A stretch of 42,310 nt of DNA from a virus. Lineage: Duplodnaviria > Heunggongvirae > Uroviricota > Caudoviricetes. The stretch is from the IMG/VR virus record IMGVR_UViG_643692022_000008; one strand, written 5' to 3'. The notes beneath the pieces were generated by a model. The model did no database searches. It saw only the letters and a program-made list of their open reading frames with translations, and was not told the origin of the DNA. Below, piece after piece: positions 1 through 9,678 of the stretch; the stretch's first letter is position 1; each line of letters begins with the position of its first letter. The position numbers and the translations under genes are program-made.

Positions 1-74
1 CAACGTCAAAAAATAATTTACGTTGGTGATAATTAAAATATATTTTCTCTCCCCTTTTTAAACAGTATTTATAT

Positions 75-335
75 TTGTGGGAGAGAAATACGAACTCTTT
101 CGAATTGCAAATCATTACCGCTGGGTATCTGTGTACAAGGAAAGCGGCGCTGAGACGAGCTGGTATTGATGATTTCAGATTTCACGACTTGAGACACACC
201 TGGGCAAGTTGGCTGGTTCAGGCCGGAGTCCCGTTGTCAGTATTACAGGAAATGGGAGGCTGGGAGTCTATCGAAATGGTTCGTCGATATGCTCACCTCG
301 CGCCTAACACCTTACCGAACACGCACGGCAAATAG
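75..335 (+). pseudogene. C-terminal remnant of a tyrosine integrase from a neighbouring or older integrated element
   Basis: Translation ends with [19 protein letters not shown]...MVRRYAHL, matching the catalytic C-terminus of the intact integrase at 39692-40852 ([19 protein letters not shown]...RYAHL). In-frame stops at 27-29 and 30-32 leave only ~86 codons; AT-rich sequence upstream. Confidence 0.75.
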
Positions 336-407
336 ACTCGATCCTGAACCCATCGGTCCCAAATTTGTCCCAGTCAAAAAATAAGGAAGATATTAATGAT
401 GTGTAAC

Positions 408-466
408 TTATTGATTTAAGTGGTGCCGATAATAGGAGTCGAACCTACGACCTTCGCATTACGAAT
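408..466. repeat. Distal att copy: duplicated 3' 46 nt of tRNA-Thr plus ~13 bp of shared flank
   Basis: 421-466 (tggtgccgataataggagtcgaacctacgaccttcgcattacgaat) is identical to 40867-40912; the flank aacttattgattta is also shared with 40851-40864. Confidence 0.9.
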
Positions 467-907
467 CTGTAGCACCAATCATAACTATCTGTTTTAGCAA
501 GCATTAACCGCATTCACTAAGCTATAGTTGATGGCACAAACAGAAAGTTGATGCATGATGTTGTCATGTGTATGTCACAAATACGGCACAACGATCTTCA
601 AACATGTAGCCACACATCCACAGAAGAGCGCAAAGCCTTGCAATCCAGTACAAAGCTTTGTGTGTCTCATTTTTGTCTCACCTTTTATTACGCAAAAAAA
701 GATAAGCCTGAAACCAAACGGCGCCATAGGCATGTTAACGGGAGAATTACCTACCAGGAACTTACAAACCGTTTAAATGATGTGGAAGTATTAACATGTA
801 AAATCGGTAACGGCTGGAAATCATTCAATACTCGCACTATCAAAAGTTCACCAGCCAGCCGCAGCACGTTCTTGCATACGACGTGGCTGCGGCATATCAC
901 AAAACGA

Positions 908-1492
908 TTATTCCATGACAGGGATTACCGGCCACTCAACATCAGGTGCAGTTGATGTATCAACACGGTTCAGCAACACCCGATACTTTTTCCAGGCTTC
1001 CAGCAATGAGGTTTCTACCTCCGTTGCGATCTCAAGATCTACCGCATCCTGAAGTGGCGCAATATTCTCACTGGCTACCCGCATTAGGCTGTTTTTTGTT
1101 TCTTCCGCCTCCCGTATCCGAAACAGTTTTTCTGCTTCTGCATCTTTCACCCAAATTATGCCGTTCCACTTCTGATATTCCCCATCCGGCGACAACCAGG
1201 TGACATTTTCCGGTAACGGGCCGAGTTCAGAAATAAATAACGCGTCCCCTGATGCCACGTCATAGACCGTTTTTTCCCTGTGGTCTTCAACGAGATGCCA
1301 TGATGTATCCTCACTGTTAAAAACAGCCACGAAGCCAGCCGGAATATCTGGCGGTGCAATATCGGTACTATTTGCAGGCAGACCTGTATGAGGGGGAATG
1401 TATGCATCACCTTCACCAATAAATTCATTGGTTCCGGCCAGCAGATTATAAATTTTTATAGTCCGTGGTTGTTCACTCATTCTGAATGCCAT
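908..1492 (-). CDS. Tail fiber assembly protein (Tfa/gpG-like)
   Basis: 194-aa ORF immediately downstream of the tail fiber gene; start overlaps the fiber stop; sequence resembles enterobacterial phage Tfa chaperones. Confidence 0.8.
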   Translation of the reverse strand: MAFRMSEQPRTIKIYNLLAGTNEFIGEGDAYIPPHTGLPANSTDIAPPDIPAGFVAVFNSEDTSWHLVEDHREKTVYDVASGDALFISELGPLPENVTWLSPDGEYQKWNGIIWVKDAEAEKLFRIREAEETKNSLMRVASENIAPLQDAVDLEIATEVETSLLEAWKKYRVLLNRVDTSTAPDVEWPVIPVME

Positions 1493-3180
1493 TATGCAAG
1501 CCTCACAATATAGTTAAATGCGATGTTTTTGACGGTGTTTTCCGCGTTACCAGCAGCGTTAACGGTGATGGTGTGTCCATGTGCACCCAGCGCCACAGTG
1601 TGTGCATGGGCACCAATACCTACGGTGTGGTTATGCTGACCAATATCGACTGTATGGGCGTGTGCTCCGTCAGAGCTTGACACCTGGTTGGTTCCTGACA
1701 CCTGAACACGTTGTTTACCCCCAATGGAGTCACCACCGTAACGACCACCGACAGTGTGCGTATGCGCTCCTGTATTGTTTGTCGTTTTTGTGCCGTGGTT
1801 AAACGTGCTGACTGTTTTTGTCCCGTAATCAAACGAACTGGTTGTTTTCGTACCCAAATCCGTACTGGATGCACTGGCACTGTGGGTATGCGATTTAATG
1901 CCGTCCTGTTCCTGAGACAATACAGCGCGACCACTGGCGGGTTTGCCCTTAATTGTCCAGCCACGCATATCAGGGATCACACCAGATGGGTAAGCTGCTG
2001 CAAGCAGGGGATAGGCAGCCTTGTCAAAAGTCTGCCCCTGCATAATCGCATAACCTTCCGGAACTATGTCCGAAGGCCAGGCTATTGGTGCCCCCACAGG
2101 AAAAGCATTAACAGGTTCAAATCCCCGTTCAAATCCATACCCATCACGGGATGAGCGGTAATAAAGCCCTCTGTTTTTATAATCCGCACGTAGCTGAAAT
2201 GACCGGCAACTCCCTACACCACTAAAAAAATGAGCAACGATATATGAAGCGCCGCCGTCCATGACATTGTAAAGACCGCTTTTTGCGTTCCATGGCACCC
2301 CACCATCTGAACTCGGATACTGACCTGTACACCCAAGAGAAAAAGCATTTACATCTTCAGGTGATAACTTAATGTCAGATGACAGCGCGTGACCATTAAC
2401 CTTACGTCCTGAGGGCACACGCCCGTTTGCATTGTCATTAGCAGCTTTCACTGCTTTCGGAGTCGCGGCAAGCGTTTCAGAGTCACTGTTAGTGGCGCTG
2501 CTTAACTGAACAATCCCTTTTCGTGCCGTGGTGGCGTCCTGTGCAGTGTATTTGCCATCAGCAAGGTCATATGCTGTCTTAACCGCCTTTGATGTCGCTG
2601 CCTGTGTCTCACTGGTGCTGTTCACCGCACTGTTCAGTTGCACCAGACCTTTTTGCTTAGTCGTGGCATCCAGAACACCAAGAGACTCGCGGGATTCTTT
2701 TTGCGCGCCAGCTCCGCGCGCTTTTATTTCCTTCAGGTTCTGGTCAATGCGCAGAAAAAGTCCGTCTCCCGTTGCCACATTTAACGTGATGTTTGAGGTG
2801 TCAGATACAGCAAGCCGGAACTGCATATTGACACTGACACCGCCAACCGGTTTGTCAATCGCCGGGCAGTTCGCCACGGCATACAATTCCCCTCCATCAG
2901 TCATCAGTCCCACTTCGCGGACTGTAAAACCTCCCGTTCCCGTTGGTAGCACAATTCTGGCCATGAGCTGTGTCGGCTGTTCCGGTGATACCACCAGCTC
3001 TGCAATATCTCCACGGTAGGTTTCATTAACAAGCTGCGTTTGTGCCGGATCGGGTTTCAGCGGTTTGCCATTACTGTCGCCAACCACAAACTGTGTCAGA
3101 ATAATCTGGCTACCACTGGCAAGCGCTTCCGCCTCCAGTTCTTTTCCCCGGTTAGTAATAATTGAATAATATTCAGCCAT
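1492..3180 (-). CDS. Tail fiber protein (P2 gpH-like) with C-terminal HxH-repeat tip
   Basis: ATG at 3178-3180 preceded by an RBS, overlapping the gpI stop; N-terminus [12 protein letters not shown]... is gpH-like; internal KG(L/I)VQLxSAxNSxSET repeats; C-terminal [28 protein letters not shown] repeats. Confidence 0.85.
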   Translation of the reverse strand: MAEYYSIITNRGKELEAEALASGSQIILTQFVVGDSNGKPLKPDPAQTQLVNETYRGDIAELVVSPEQPTQLMARIVLPTGTGGFTVREVGLMTDGGELYAVANCPAIDKPVGGVSVNMQFRLAVSDTSNITLNVATGDGLFLRIDQNLKEIKARGAGAQKESRESLGVLDATTKQKGLVQLNSAVNSTSETQAATSKAVKTAYDLADGKYTAQDATTARKGIVQLSSATNSDSETLAATPKAVKAANDNANGRVPSGRKVNGHALSSDIKLSPEDVNAFSLGCTGQYPSSDGGVPWNAKSGLYNVMDGGASYIVAHFFSGVGSCRSFQLRADYKNRGLYYRSSRDGYGFERGFEPVNAFPVGAPIAWPSDIVPEGYAIMQGQTFDKAAYPLLAAAYPSGVIPDMRGWTIKGKPASGRAVLSQEQDGIKSHTHSASASSTDLGTKTTSSFDYGTKTVSTFNHGTKTTNNTGAHTHTVGGRYGGDSIGGKQRVQVSGTNQVSSSDGAHAHTVDIGQHNHTVGIGAHAHTVALGAHGHTITVNAAGNAENTVKNIAFNYIVRLA

Positions 3181-3736
3181 GAGACTCCCCGGCAAAAATA
3201 TCCACATCGATATGTGCTGTCGTCGCACCTGAAATATAAAAAGCGCCATCCATCCCGATATTCGCCAGAACATCTATTTTGCTCAGATGACTGCGCAGGT
3301 TTTTAGCCCGGTCAGTAAGCTGACGAATCTGGTGATACAGTGCATCGCTGACGCCCTGACTGCTGTGAACTTCAATCCGGAATGTGTAGGGTGCAGCCTG
3401 CGGTGAATCCTGCCACCACTCCACGACAGTGGTCGGCAGGTTTACCGCCCCCAGAGAACGCCTGACCGCACCCGCCGTTCCCCGGTGCTGGTGCACGTAA
3501 GCGGCGTCCTTAATCACCTGACGCTTTTGTGTCTCTGTCCAGCTGTCATCCCAAAAATCGACGGCATGTTCCCACGCAAGCCACGGTAAAAGATGTGCCG
3601 GGCAGCTGGCCGCATCTTTCACCTTACGCACCATGTTGGTATCCAGTGCGATGATGTGTTCTGTCGTCGCCTGCTCCTGCGCCCGTTCTTCATGAAATGC
3701 GCCCGGCGGCAGCAGGGAGCGAAATTTATCCGTCAT
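3173..3736 (-). CDS. Baseplate/tail protein gpI-like
   Basis: 187-aa ORF between gpJ-like and the tail fiber gene, in the P2 J-I-H order. Confidence 0.75.
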   Translation of the reverse strand: MTDKFRSLLPPGAFHEERAQEQATTEHIIALDTNMVRKVKDAASCPAHLLPWLAWEHAVDFWDDSWTETQKRQVIKDAAYVHQHRGTAGAVRRSLGAVNLPTTVVEWWQDSPQAAPYTFRIEVHSSQGVSDALYHQIRQLTDRAKNLRSHLSKIDVLANIGMDGAFYISGATTAHIDVDIFAGESHG

Positions 3737-4646
3737 GGCTGCTTACCTCCCTGCGGGTGACGTTGATGGCAGTACACCACGGTGCTTTTCCGGCTTCGGC
3801 TTCCAGATCAGCCACGGGAGAGATCAGTCTGACGCGAACCACACCGGATTGCTGTAAAGCGGCATAGATGGCAGATAACGGCACCACGGTGTTAATCCGG
3901 TGAGACAGCATGGTGTAGGACTGCAAGGCTTCAATGGCATTGTTCAGAACTGTCGTGGCGTCCGGGCCGTCCGGGATCTCCAGTTCAGCCGTGATGGCAT
4001 AATTTGTGATGGTGGCGCTCTTCACCGTCACGTAGTCTGTCAATGGACGGATTTCATCGGCATTCAGTGTGCTGTTAACTTTATCCAGCAGTGGTGCAGC
4101 TGCTGTTCCGTCTCCCGTACGGGAAAGCACATACACATCAACACACCCCGGGCGGCTGTGTGTTTCGGGGCCATAAGCTTCAGCATCCAGCACATCGGTA
4201 TCCGCCGATTTCGCATGGAAGCGGTAAGCGTTGCGGGCACCCGCCGTATTTAGCTGTGCCCAGGACAACTGAATACGTTCACGAAATGCGCCGTCATCTT
4301 CCAGTTCCACTTCGACGGGGGGAACGGCATCCGGATCACCCGGTCTGATAACCTGGCGTTTAACATTGAAGGCAGCGCCAATATGATCAAGGTCTGCGCC
4401 TCTGGCGCTGGCAAGAAATACTGCCCGCACTGCATCATTGACACGCTGAAAGGCCAGCGTCAGCTGATATGCATTCACCTCTCCCTGTTTAAACGCCGGA
4501 TCGGACTCTACCAGCGCATCAAACTGCGGATCCAGCTCCTGCAGACGTGCCAGCCATCGGGAGAAAATCTCTGCGGCATCCGGCACTACAAGCGCATCAG
4601 GAACAGCGAGTTCAGACAGATTGATCACATCATAACTGTTGGGCAT
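3726..4646 (-). CDS. Baseplate assembly protein gpJ-like
   Basis: 306-aa ORF, overlaps the gpW-like and gpI-like genes; size and position match P2 gpJ. Confidence 0.8.
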   Translation of the reverse strand: MPNSYDVINLSELAVPDALVVPDAAEIFSRWLARLQELDPQFDALVESDPAFKQGEVNAYQLTLAFQRVNDAVRAVFLASARGADLDHIGAAFNVKRQVIRPGDPDAVPPVEVELEDDGAFRERIQLSWAQLNTAGARNAYRFHAKSADTDVLDAEAYGPETHSRPGCVDVYVLSRTGDGTAAAPLLDKVNSTLNADEIRPLTDYVTVKSATITNYAITAELEIPDGPDATTVLNNAIEALQSYTMLSHRINTVVPLSAIYAALQQSGVVRVRLISPVADLEAEAGKAPWCTAINVTRREVSSHDG

Positions 4647-4983
4647 TTAGCGTTATTTCTCCTGTTCTGACGGGTAAGCCGTCTTCTTTTTTGATCCCTT
4701 CGATATCCAGAACACAGCCGGATTCGCCCGCCGGGAAGGTGACCATCACCCGCGTCACCTTTAAACGCGGCTCCCAGCGAGCCAGTGCAGTCGCTGAAGC
4801 GGCGATTATCCGCAGACGCGTCAGGTCATCCCGTGGGTTATCCAGCAACGAAAACAGTTCACTGCCATAGTCACGGATCAGCACACGACTCCCGACGGGC
4901 GTGGTCAGAATGTCCCGGACAGACTGGCGCAAATGCGCCACGCCAGACAGACGTTTGCCTGTCCGGCTGTTTACACCGTTCAT
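4630..4983 (-). CDS. Baseplate protein gpW (gp25-like)
   Basis: 117-aa ORF with a GPW/gp25-like sequence immediately upstream of gpJ. Confidence 0.8.
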   Translation of the reverse strand: MNGVNSRTGKRLSGVAHLRQSVRDILTTPVGSRVLIRDYGSELFSLLDNPRDDLTRLRIIAASATALARWEPRLKVTRVMVTFPAGESGCVLDIEGIKKEDGLPVRTGEITLNAQQL

Positions 4984-5023
4984 GATGATTTTCCGTTACA
5001 AAAGCGCCGGATGGCGCGATGGA

Positions 5024-6142
5024 TTAACCGAAGTAAGCCGGACCAGTTTTATCCTGTTGCTTCGATTTTTTTGCTGATTTTTGTGGTTTGTGAATATCCA
5101 CCACCAGATTGCAGGTATAACTGAATCCGGCAGCGGTCAGTGAAAAGACCAGCGACTCAACCACCCAGGCTCTGTCTTCCCGGGTACCAAATCCTGAGGT
5201 TGCCACCCCTGCTTCTGCCGTCAGGGGAATATGCTGTGGTCGGCAGGGGCCGGTGAGCGTCATTTTCTGCTCATTCCGTCTTGCCTGTGTTTTTCGTGCT
5301 TTCGCCTGCTTCTCTGCCGTATCCTTTTCTGACTGGGTATACGGGTTGGTCATTGCCGGTCCGTCATGTTCGACCGCTGCGGTTTTTGTCCTGCCATCCA
5401 CTTCATCGTAATAGCGAACCCCGATTTTCTCTTTTGCTTTACCCCCGCTTTCCGTGACTTTACCCGTGGAACTCCCCCGCTCACCTTCACTGTATGACCA
5501 CGTTGTCACGTCTGCAGGCGTAATGGTGATACTGTCAATCTGTTTACCGGAAACTGTCGCTGTCGCCCCCTGCGGCAGAAAAAGCCAGTAACCACCGGAA
5601 GGTTTACTCACCGCGTTGTAGATGCGGGCAAGCCGGGACAGCAGGTTAGCATCAGATTCAGCCACCTGGTCGATGTGGTTAATGTGAATATCTTTCAGCG
5701 CGGCAGCGACTCTGGGGATCAGGCCATTATCGGTGGCCACGGTTTTCACCACATCCTCCAGACGAATGTTATCCCAGCTTCGTGTTTTCTGACTGGTGAC
5801 GTCACCGGGTTGCTTCCGGGCATTCATGGGCGCTGCGGTGGCATAAATTTCAATGCGCCTCGGTGGCCCACTGCTGGCAACTCCGCTGACAACAAACCAG
5901 CCTTTATCGACAAGCTGCTCATTAAATCCCAGCGCAACCTGTAGTCGCGCCCCTCTGGGCGGAAGTGTCAGCGTTTCAGAAAGCAGGGTAATCTTCAGTT
6001 CATCGGCTCTGGCGGTCGCGCCACCGTAATCTGTCAGCGTCAGTTCAGAAAGGCATTGCTCAATTATGCGGGTAATATCTTTCCCTTCTGCCTTTATGCG
6101 GAATGCTGGCGCATATTCAGGAGTCATCGTCTGAGAAACCAT
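5024..6142 (-). CDS. Phage late control protein D (P2 gpD-like tail protein)
   Basis: Start taken at internal ATG 6140-6142, which abuts the gpX stop; TPEYAPAFRIKAEGKDITRIIE...LPPRGARLQVALG resembles the P2 gpD N-terminus. Confidence 0.75.
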   Translation of the reverse strand: MVSQTMTPEYAPAFRIKAEGKDITRIIEQCLSELTLTDYGGATARADELKITLLSETLTLPPRGARLQVALGFNEQLVDKGWFVVSGVASSGPPRRIEIYATAAPMNARKQPGDVTSQKTRSWDNIRLEDVVKTVATDNGLIPRVAAALKDIHINHIDQVAESDANLLSRLARIYNAVSKPSGGYWLFLPQGATATVSGKQIDSITITPADVTTWSYSEGERGSSTGKVTESGGKAKEKIGVRYYDEVDGRTKTAAVEHDGPAMTNPYTQSEKDTAEKQAKARKTQARRNEQKMTLTGPCRPQHIPLTAEAGVATSGFGTREDRAWVVESLVFSLTAAGFSYTCNLVVDIHKPQKSAKKSKQQDKTGPAYFG

Positions 6143-6143
6143 A

Positions 6144-6359
6144 TTAATCCCATAAGCTGAATGCAGACTCCACAACCGGGATCACCCGTTCCGGCAGAAT
6201 AACAGACTGACCGGAGGGATATACCGCGCCACGATCAGCCAGCCCGGGATTTGCCTCCAGAACCTGGATTATCGTGTCAGCGAGATTTTCGCTGCCATAG
6301 TGCGCGGCGCAAATCGCATCCAGCACATCACCGTCACGGGTTTGATATATCGTCGGCAT
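6144..6359 (-). CDS. Tail protein X (P2 gpX-like)
   Basis: 71-aa ORF between the gpU-like and gpD-like genes. Confidence 0.7.
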   Translation of the reverse strand: MPTIYQTRDGDVLDAICAAHYGSENLADTIIQVLEANPGLADRGAVYPSGQSVILPERVIPVVESAFSLWD

Positions 6360-6804
6360 AGTGTTTCAGTGTCATTGTCCAGTTTTTATTACGGTGACCA
6401 CCTCCCGGCAGGAACCGGTTAGTGGTGTCAGTAAAGTCAGTTACCACCCACCATCCCAGAACATCCCCTTCTCCACTGACCAGCTGCAGTGGCTTCGCCT
6501 GGTCGGCAAGAGCAAACAGGTCATTGACGGGGCCAACACCTTTTCGAAAAAAGGCATGGGATTCGCCTTCAAGTCTGACGGTACGCCCCGGCTTTCCGGT
6601 GTACTGGAGAAGATCCTGCTTACCAATGCGCTCCTGTTCGCTCCAGCGCCAGGTTGCTTCGCGGGTCAGCTGGTTATAGGCTGTCGTATCAATCGAAAAA
6701 GCAAAATCTCCCAGCATCATCATCACGCGGGCGGTTCCTGCCGAACGCAGGTTTTCAGCCTGTTGCTGACCAAATTCATCAATAAAAGACATGAAATTAC
6801 TCAC
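6334..6804 (-). CDS. Tail protein U (P2 gpU-like)
   Basis: 156-aa ORF directly after the tape measure gene; MMMLGDFAFSIDT...VLGWWVVTDF...TMTLK pattern is gpU-like. Confidence 0.75.
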   Translation of the reverse strand: MSNFMSFIDEFGQQQAENLRSAGTARVMMMLGDFAFSIDTTAYNQLTREATWRWSEQERIGKQDLLQYTGKPGRTVRLEGESHAFFRKGVGPVNDLFALADQAKPLQLVSGEGDVLGWWVVTDFTDTTNRFLPGGGHRNKNWTMTLKHYADDISNP

Positions 6805-8711
6805 CAGACCAGTCCTCCATCCGTCAGACGGTTGTCCCCGTTAAAAGCCGGATTATTTCGGGTGACCGTGGTCAGTTCATCGGCAATGGCTTTTTCATCC
6901 TGCCCGGGAGCTGCATTAATTTCGAAGTGATAATCAAACTTCCGGTTATCGATAACCTGCCTGGACGGCGGCTGTTTATCCAGTGCGTCCATTTTCTGCA
7001 GCAGGTTTTCCCAGTAGCCCCCTGTTTTGTCCTCCTGCTCTCTGGCAGAACGCGGATCCGGGGCTTGTTGTTGTCGTGAAGAAAATGTGATTTCCGGTAG
7101 AACAGCAGGAAAGACGGGAGGTAACACATCTTTATTCCAGGCTTCGGTATTGTTCTCCGTCATTGCCGGAACGTAATGCATAAATGTGTTGTTTTCTGTC
7201 GTCGTCGGAGCGGTATGAATAACTGTGTTATTTTCCGTTGTTACCGGGGGCAACGATGCAGACTCCCGCTGGTTACGCTGTAAAGCGGTATTCCAGTTTA
7301 ATAAGGATTCGTGGCTTTCCGGGGTCAGATAGTGATCAACAGACTGGTTAAATGCCTCATCATCCGAATCAAAACCCAAATAACCACGTGTCGATGCCCA
7401 GGACTGTTTCACCTTTTCCGGTAAGTCCGGATGCGCTGTTAACTGCTGTTCAAACCATTCCCCCTGTCCACTTCGCTGCGCGGTCAGTCTGGCAAAGTCA
7501 ACGGAACCTCTTCTGGCGAGCGCTTTCAGCACATCACGCTGATCTTCACGCTCATCCGGTAACAGCCAGGCCAGTTTTTTAGCCAGCGCATAGACAATTT
7601 TGCCAACAAAAACCACGCCCTGACCAAAGGTCAACACCCCGGGATAAAGATCGTTACGCAGGAAAGTGACAATACGCCTGACGCCGCCCCCTTTAAACCA
7701 GTCTGCCAGATCGTCCGTTAATCGCCGGATATCAGGTGCCAGCTCGTTACCCAGTTGCCCGGAAATCTCCGCCACCGCCGAAGAGAACACCGTGCGCAGA
7801 TTACTGATAGCCTGATTACCGGCAATCGCACCTTCTGCCCCCTCCCGGGTCACCAGGTTATAACGACGCTGCTCGTCCATCAGCTCCCGGTAGCTTCTAC
7901 CCGACTGTTTGATCAGCATCAGCAGCTTACTGGCCTCCCCGCCAAAAAGAGAGTCCAGCGCAAAAGATGCTTTTGCCTCATCCTGGAGACTGAGCGCCCG
8001 CTCAACAATTTTATCGAACTGCGCCATATCACTGAGCCCGGCAAAATCGCCCTCTTTAAATCCCAGCGTTTCAAAGGCATCCTGCAGAGAGCCCTGTTTC
8101 CCGTTTTGCTTATACTCACCCGCTTTGTGCAGATACTCCTCAAAAAGGTCACCAATATTTTCGGCATTCATATCGTACTGCCGGGCCAGGGAGTCCCACG
8201 CACTGAAGGTGGCGACATCCACACCGTAGCTTTTCGCCACACTGGCGCGGGTGGCAGTTTCAGCATTCGTTGCTGCCGGGGCGATAAGCGTGCCGAGCGC
8301 TGAGGCCACCACACCACCGCCACCAAATGCCAGTCCGGTACCGAACATACCTCCGACCTGACCGGCAATCCCCAGACCACGCCGGAACAATCCCTTCCCG
8401 GCACCTTTGAATGCCTCAATCCGCTGTGCTTTTTGCATCTGGACATTCAGTTTCTGCTGCTCTGCCTCTGCCTTGCGGATCTCTCTGGAAACTTCGCTAT
8501 AACGGCGTTTCAAGTTTCCCAGACTTTCACCTGCCAGTTTCGCGCGTTTAATTTCAGCAGCCAGTTTTGTCTGCTCCTTTGTCAGACGTTCTGAACGTTT
8601 CCCGACATCATTCAGGCTCTTTTGTAAACCGTCAGCCGATCGCTTCCATGAACTGTCCAGGTTACCGCCAAACGTGATAACGGCTTTAAGATTCTGGCTT
8701 ATTCCGCCCAC
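6801..8711 (-). CDS. Tail tape measure protein
   Basis: 636-aa ORF (GTG start) with coiled-coil-rich N-terminus and Gly-rich segments; follows the tail chaperone gene. Confidence 0.85.
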   Translation of the reverse strand: MGGISQNLKAVITFGGNLDSSWKRSADGLQKSLNDVGKRSERLTKEQTKLAAEIKRAKLAGESLGNLKRRYSEVSREIRKAEAEQQKLNVQMQKAQRIEAFKGAGKGLFRRGLGIAGQVGGMFGTGLAFGGGGVVASALGTLIAPAATNAETATRASVAKSYGVDVATFSAWDSLARQYDMNAENIGDLFEEYLHKAGEYKQNGKQGSLQDAFETLGFKEGDFAGLSDMAQFDKIVERALSLQDEAKASFALDSLFGGEASKLLMLIKQSGRSYRELMDEQRRYNLVTREGAEGAIAGNQAISNLRTVFSSAVAEISGQLGNELAPDIRRLTDDLADWFKGGGVRRIVTFLRNDLYPGVLTFGQGVVFVGKIVYALAKKLAWLLPDEREDQRDVLKALARRGSVDFARLTAQRSGQGEWFEQQLTAHPDLPEKVKQSWASTRGYLGFDSDDEAFNQSVDHYLTPESHESLLNWNTALQRNQRESASLPPVTTENNTVIHTAPTTTENNTFMHYVPAMTENNTEAWNKDVLPPVFPAVLPEITFSSRQQQAPDPRSAREQEDKTGGYWENLLQKMDALDKQPPSRQVIDNRKFDYHFEINAAPGQDEKAIADELTTVTRNNPAFNGDNRLTDGGLVW

Positions 8712-8813
8712 AGTTCATCGTCTCCAGTTCATCAGTAAGAAAATCAGAGAAAGTGCTGAACGGCATATCCAGATAGTCCGACATCGGAAAATGCAGTCGC
8801 CGTCCAAGGAGTT

Positions 8814-9125
8814 TTATCGCCCGGAGGAGGTGTCTTTCGGACGCTTCGCGGGCGGTAGCATAAAAACATTGAAGGCATCCAGCAGTTGCGCATAGTCTGC
8901 AGCCGTCAGTTGCCAGATGTCCTTTTCACTGAGGTTGCACAACAGCGCAATCATCCGGGCTTCTTTTTCTTCTTCATTACCGCGATCTTTGGCATGAGCA
9001 ATACGATCGCGCACCAGCGGTTCACGCATCGTCACTTCCTCAAGGATCACGCCACCCTCCAGAATGACAGGGGAAAACAATCGGATAACGCGGGTTTCAC
9101 CGGGAAAAAGCATAATCACCTCCAT
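8814..9125 (-). CDS. Tail assembly chaperone (gpE-like); possible -1 frameshift extension to ~8686
   Basis: 103-aa ORF between tube and tape measure genes; the -1 frame is open from ~8925 to a stop at 8686-8688 and a T5 run lies at 8862-8866 (minus strand). Confidence 0.65.
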   Translation of the reverse strand: MEVIMLFPGETRVIRLFSPVILEGGVILEEVTMREPLVRDRIAHAKDRGNEEEKEARMIALLCNLSEKDIWQLTAADYAQLLDAFNVFMLPPAKRPKDTSSGR

Positions 9126-9171
9126 TAAAAAACGGCCCGCAGGCCGTCAGGTAGTTAAAGAACGGGAATAA

Positions 9172-9678
9172 TCAGAGACGAACTTTTGCCGCCAGACCCG
9201 ACAACATATCGACACCATTTACCCGACGGGAAAAGCGCTCGGTATCAATGGCAAACAGTTCACGACCATCCAGCGTCTGTCGGTAATAACTGACCGCAAT
9301 ATCGACCGTGATAGCATTTTCAGAAAGATTATCCTTACCCCGCGCATCCGGCGTGACAGCCTGAATAAACCCTTCAATTTCCTCAACAGTACCGCGAGCA
9401 GTACCGTTGCCGAGATACCCCTGGTAGGCCGTAAAGCGGGAACGACTGCCACTGACAAATCCAAAGCTGGCCAGCATATCCGTGTCCAGACCGTAAAATT
9501 TCACCTGACAGGTCAGTGCTTCCATCCCGTCATCCACGGGCGTGGGCGCATCCTGGGCACCAGTTCGCAGGTCAGTTTTCACGATTGTCAGCGATGGTGG
9601 CGTAAACTCATGCGCCCCCTGAATACGGATCCCCTGCCGGAAGAAAGTCCAGGCACGTAGTGTATTTTTATCGCTCAT
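9172..9678 (-). CDS. Major tail tube protein (P2 FII-like)
   Basis: 168-aa ORF immediately downstream of the sheath gene. Confidence 0.8.
   Translation of the reverse strand: MSDKNTLRAWTFFRQGIRIQGAHEFTPPSLTIVKTDLRTGAQDAPTPVDDGMEALTCQVKFYGLDTDMLASFGFVSGSRSRFTAYQGYLGNGTARGTVEEIEGFIQAVTPDARGKDNLSENAITVDIAVSYYRQTLDGRELFAIDTERFSRRVNGVDMLSGLAAKVRL

Noticed and set aside
467-907. DNA invertase (Gin/Cin/Hin-like) for tail fiber switching near the fiber-Tfa genes
   Set aside because: No serine recombinase ORF or inverted-repeat crossover sites are present next to the fiber genes; the region is short and non-coding.
548-955. Overlapping + strand ORFs (135 aa and 73 aa) between the distal att copy and the Tfa gene
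   Set aside because: No convincing RBS, low-complexity and Cys/His-rich translations, and no recognisable domain. More likely non-coding remnant DNA at the prophage end. An imperfect hairpin at 858-893 may be a terminator for the tail operon.
7755-8303. Long + strand ORFs antisense to the tape measure, sheath and other structural genes (e.g. 7755-8303, 9660-10217, 10759-11139)
   Set aside because: Shadow ORFs of high-GC structural genes on the opposite strand; the minus-strand genes have clear family matches and operon continuity.
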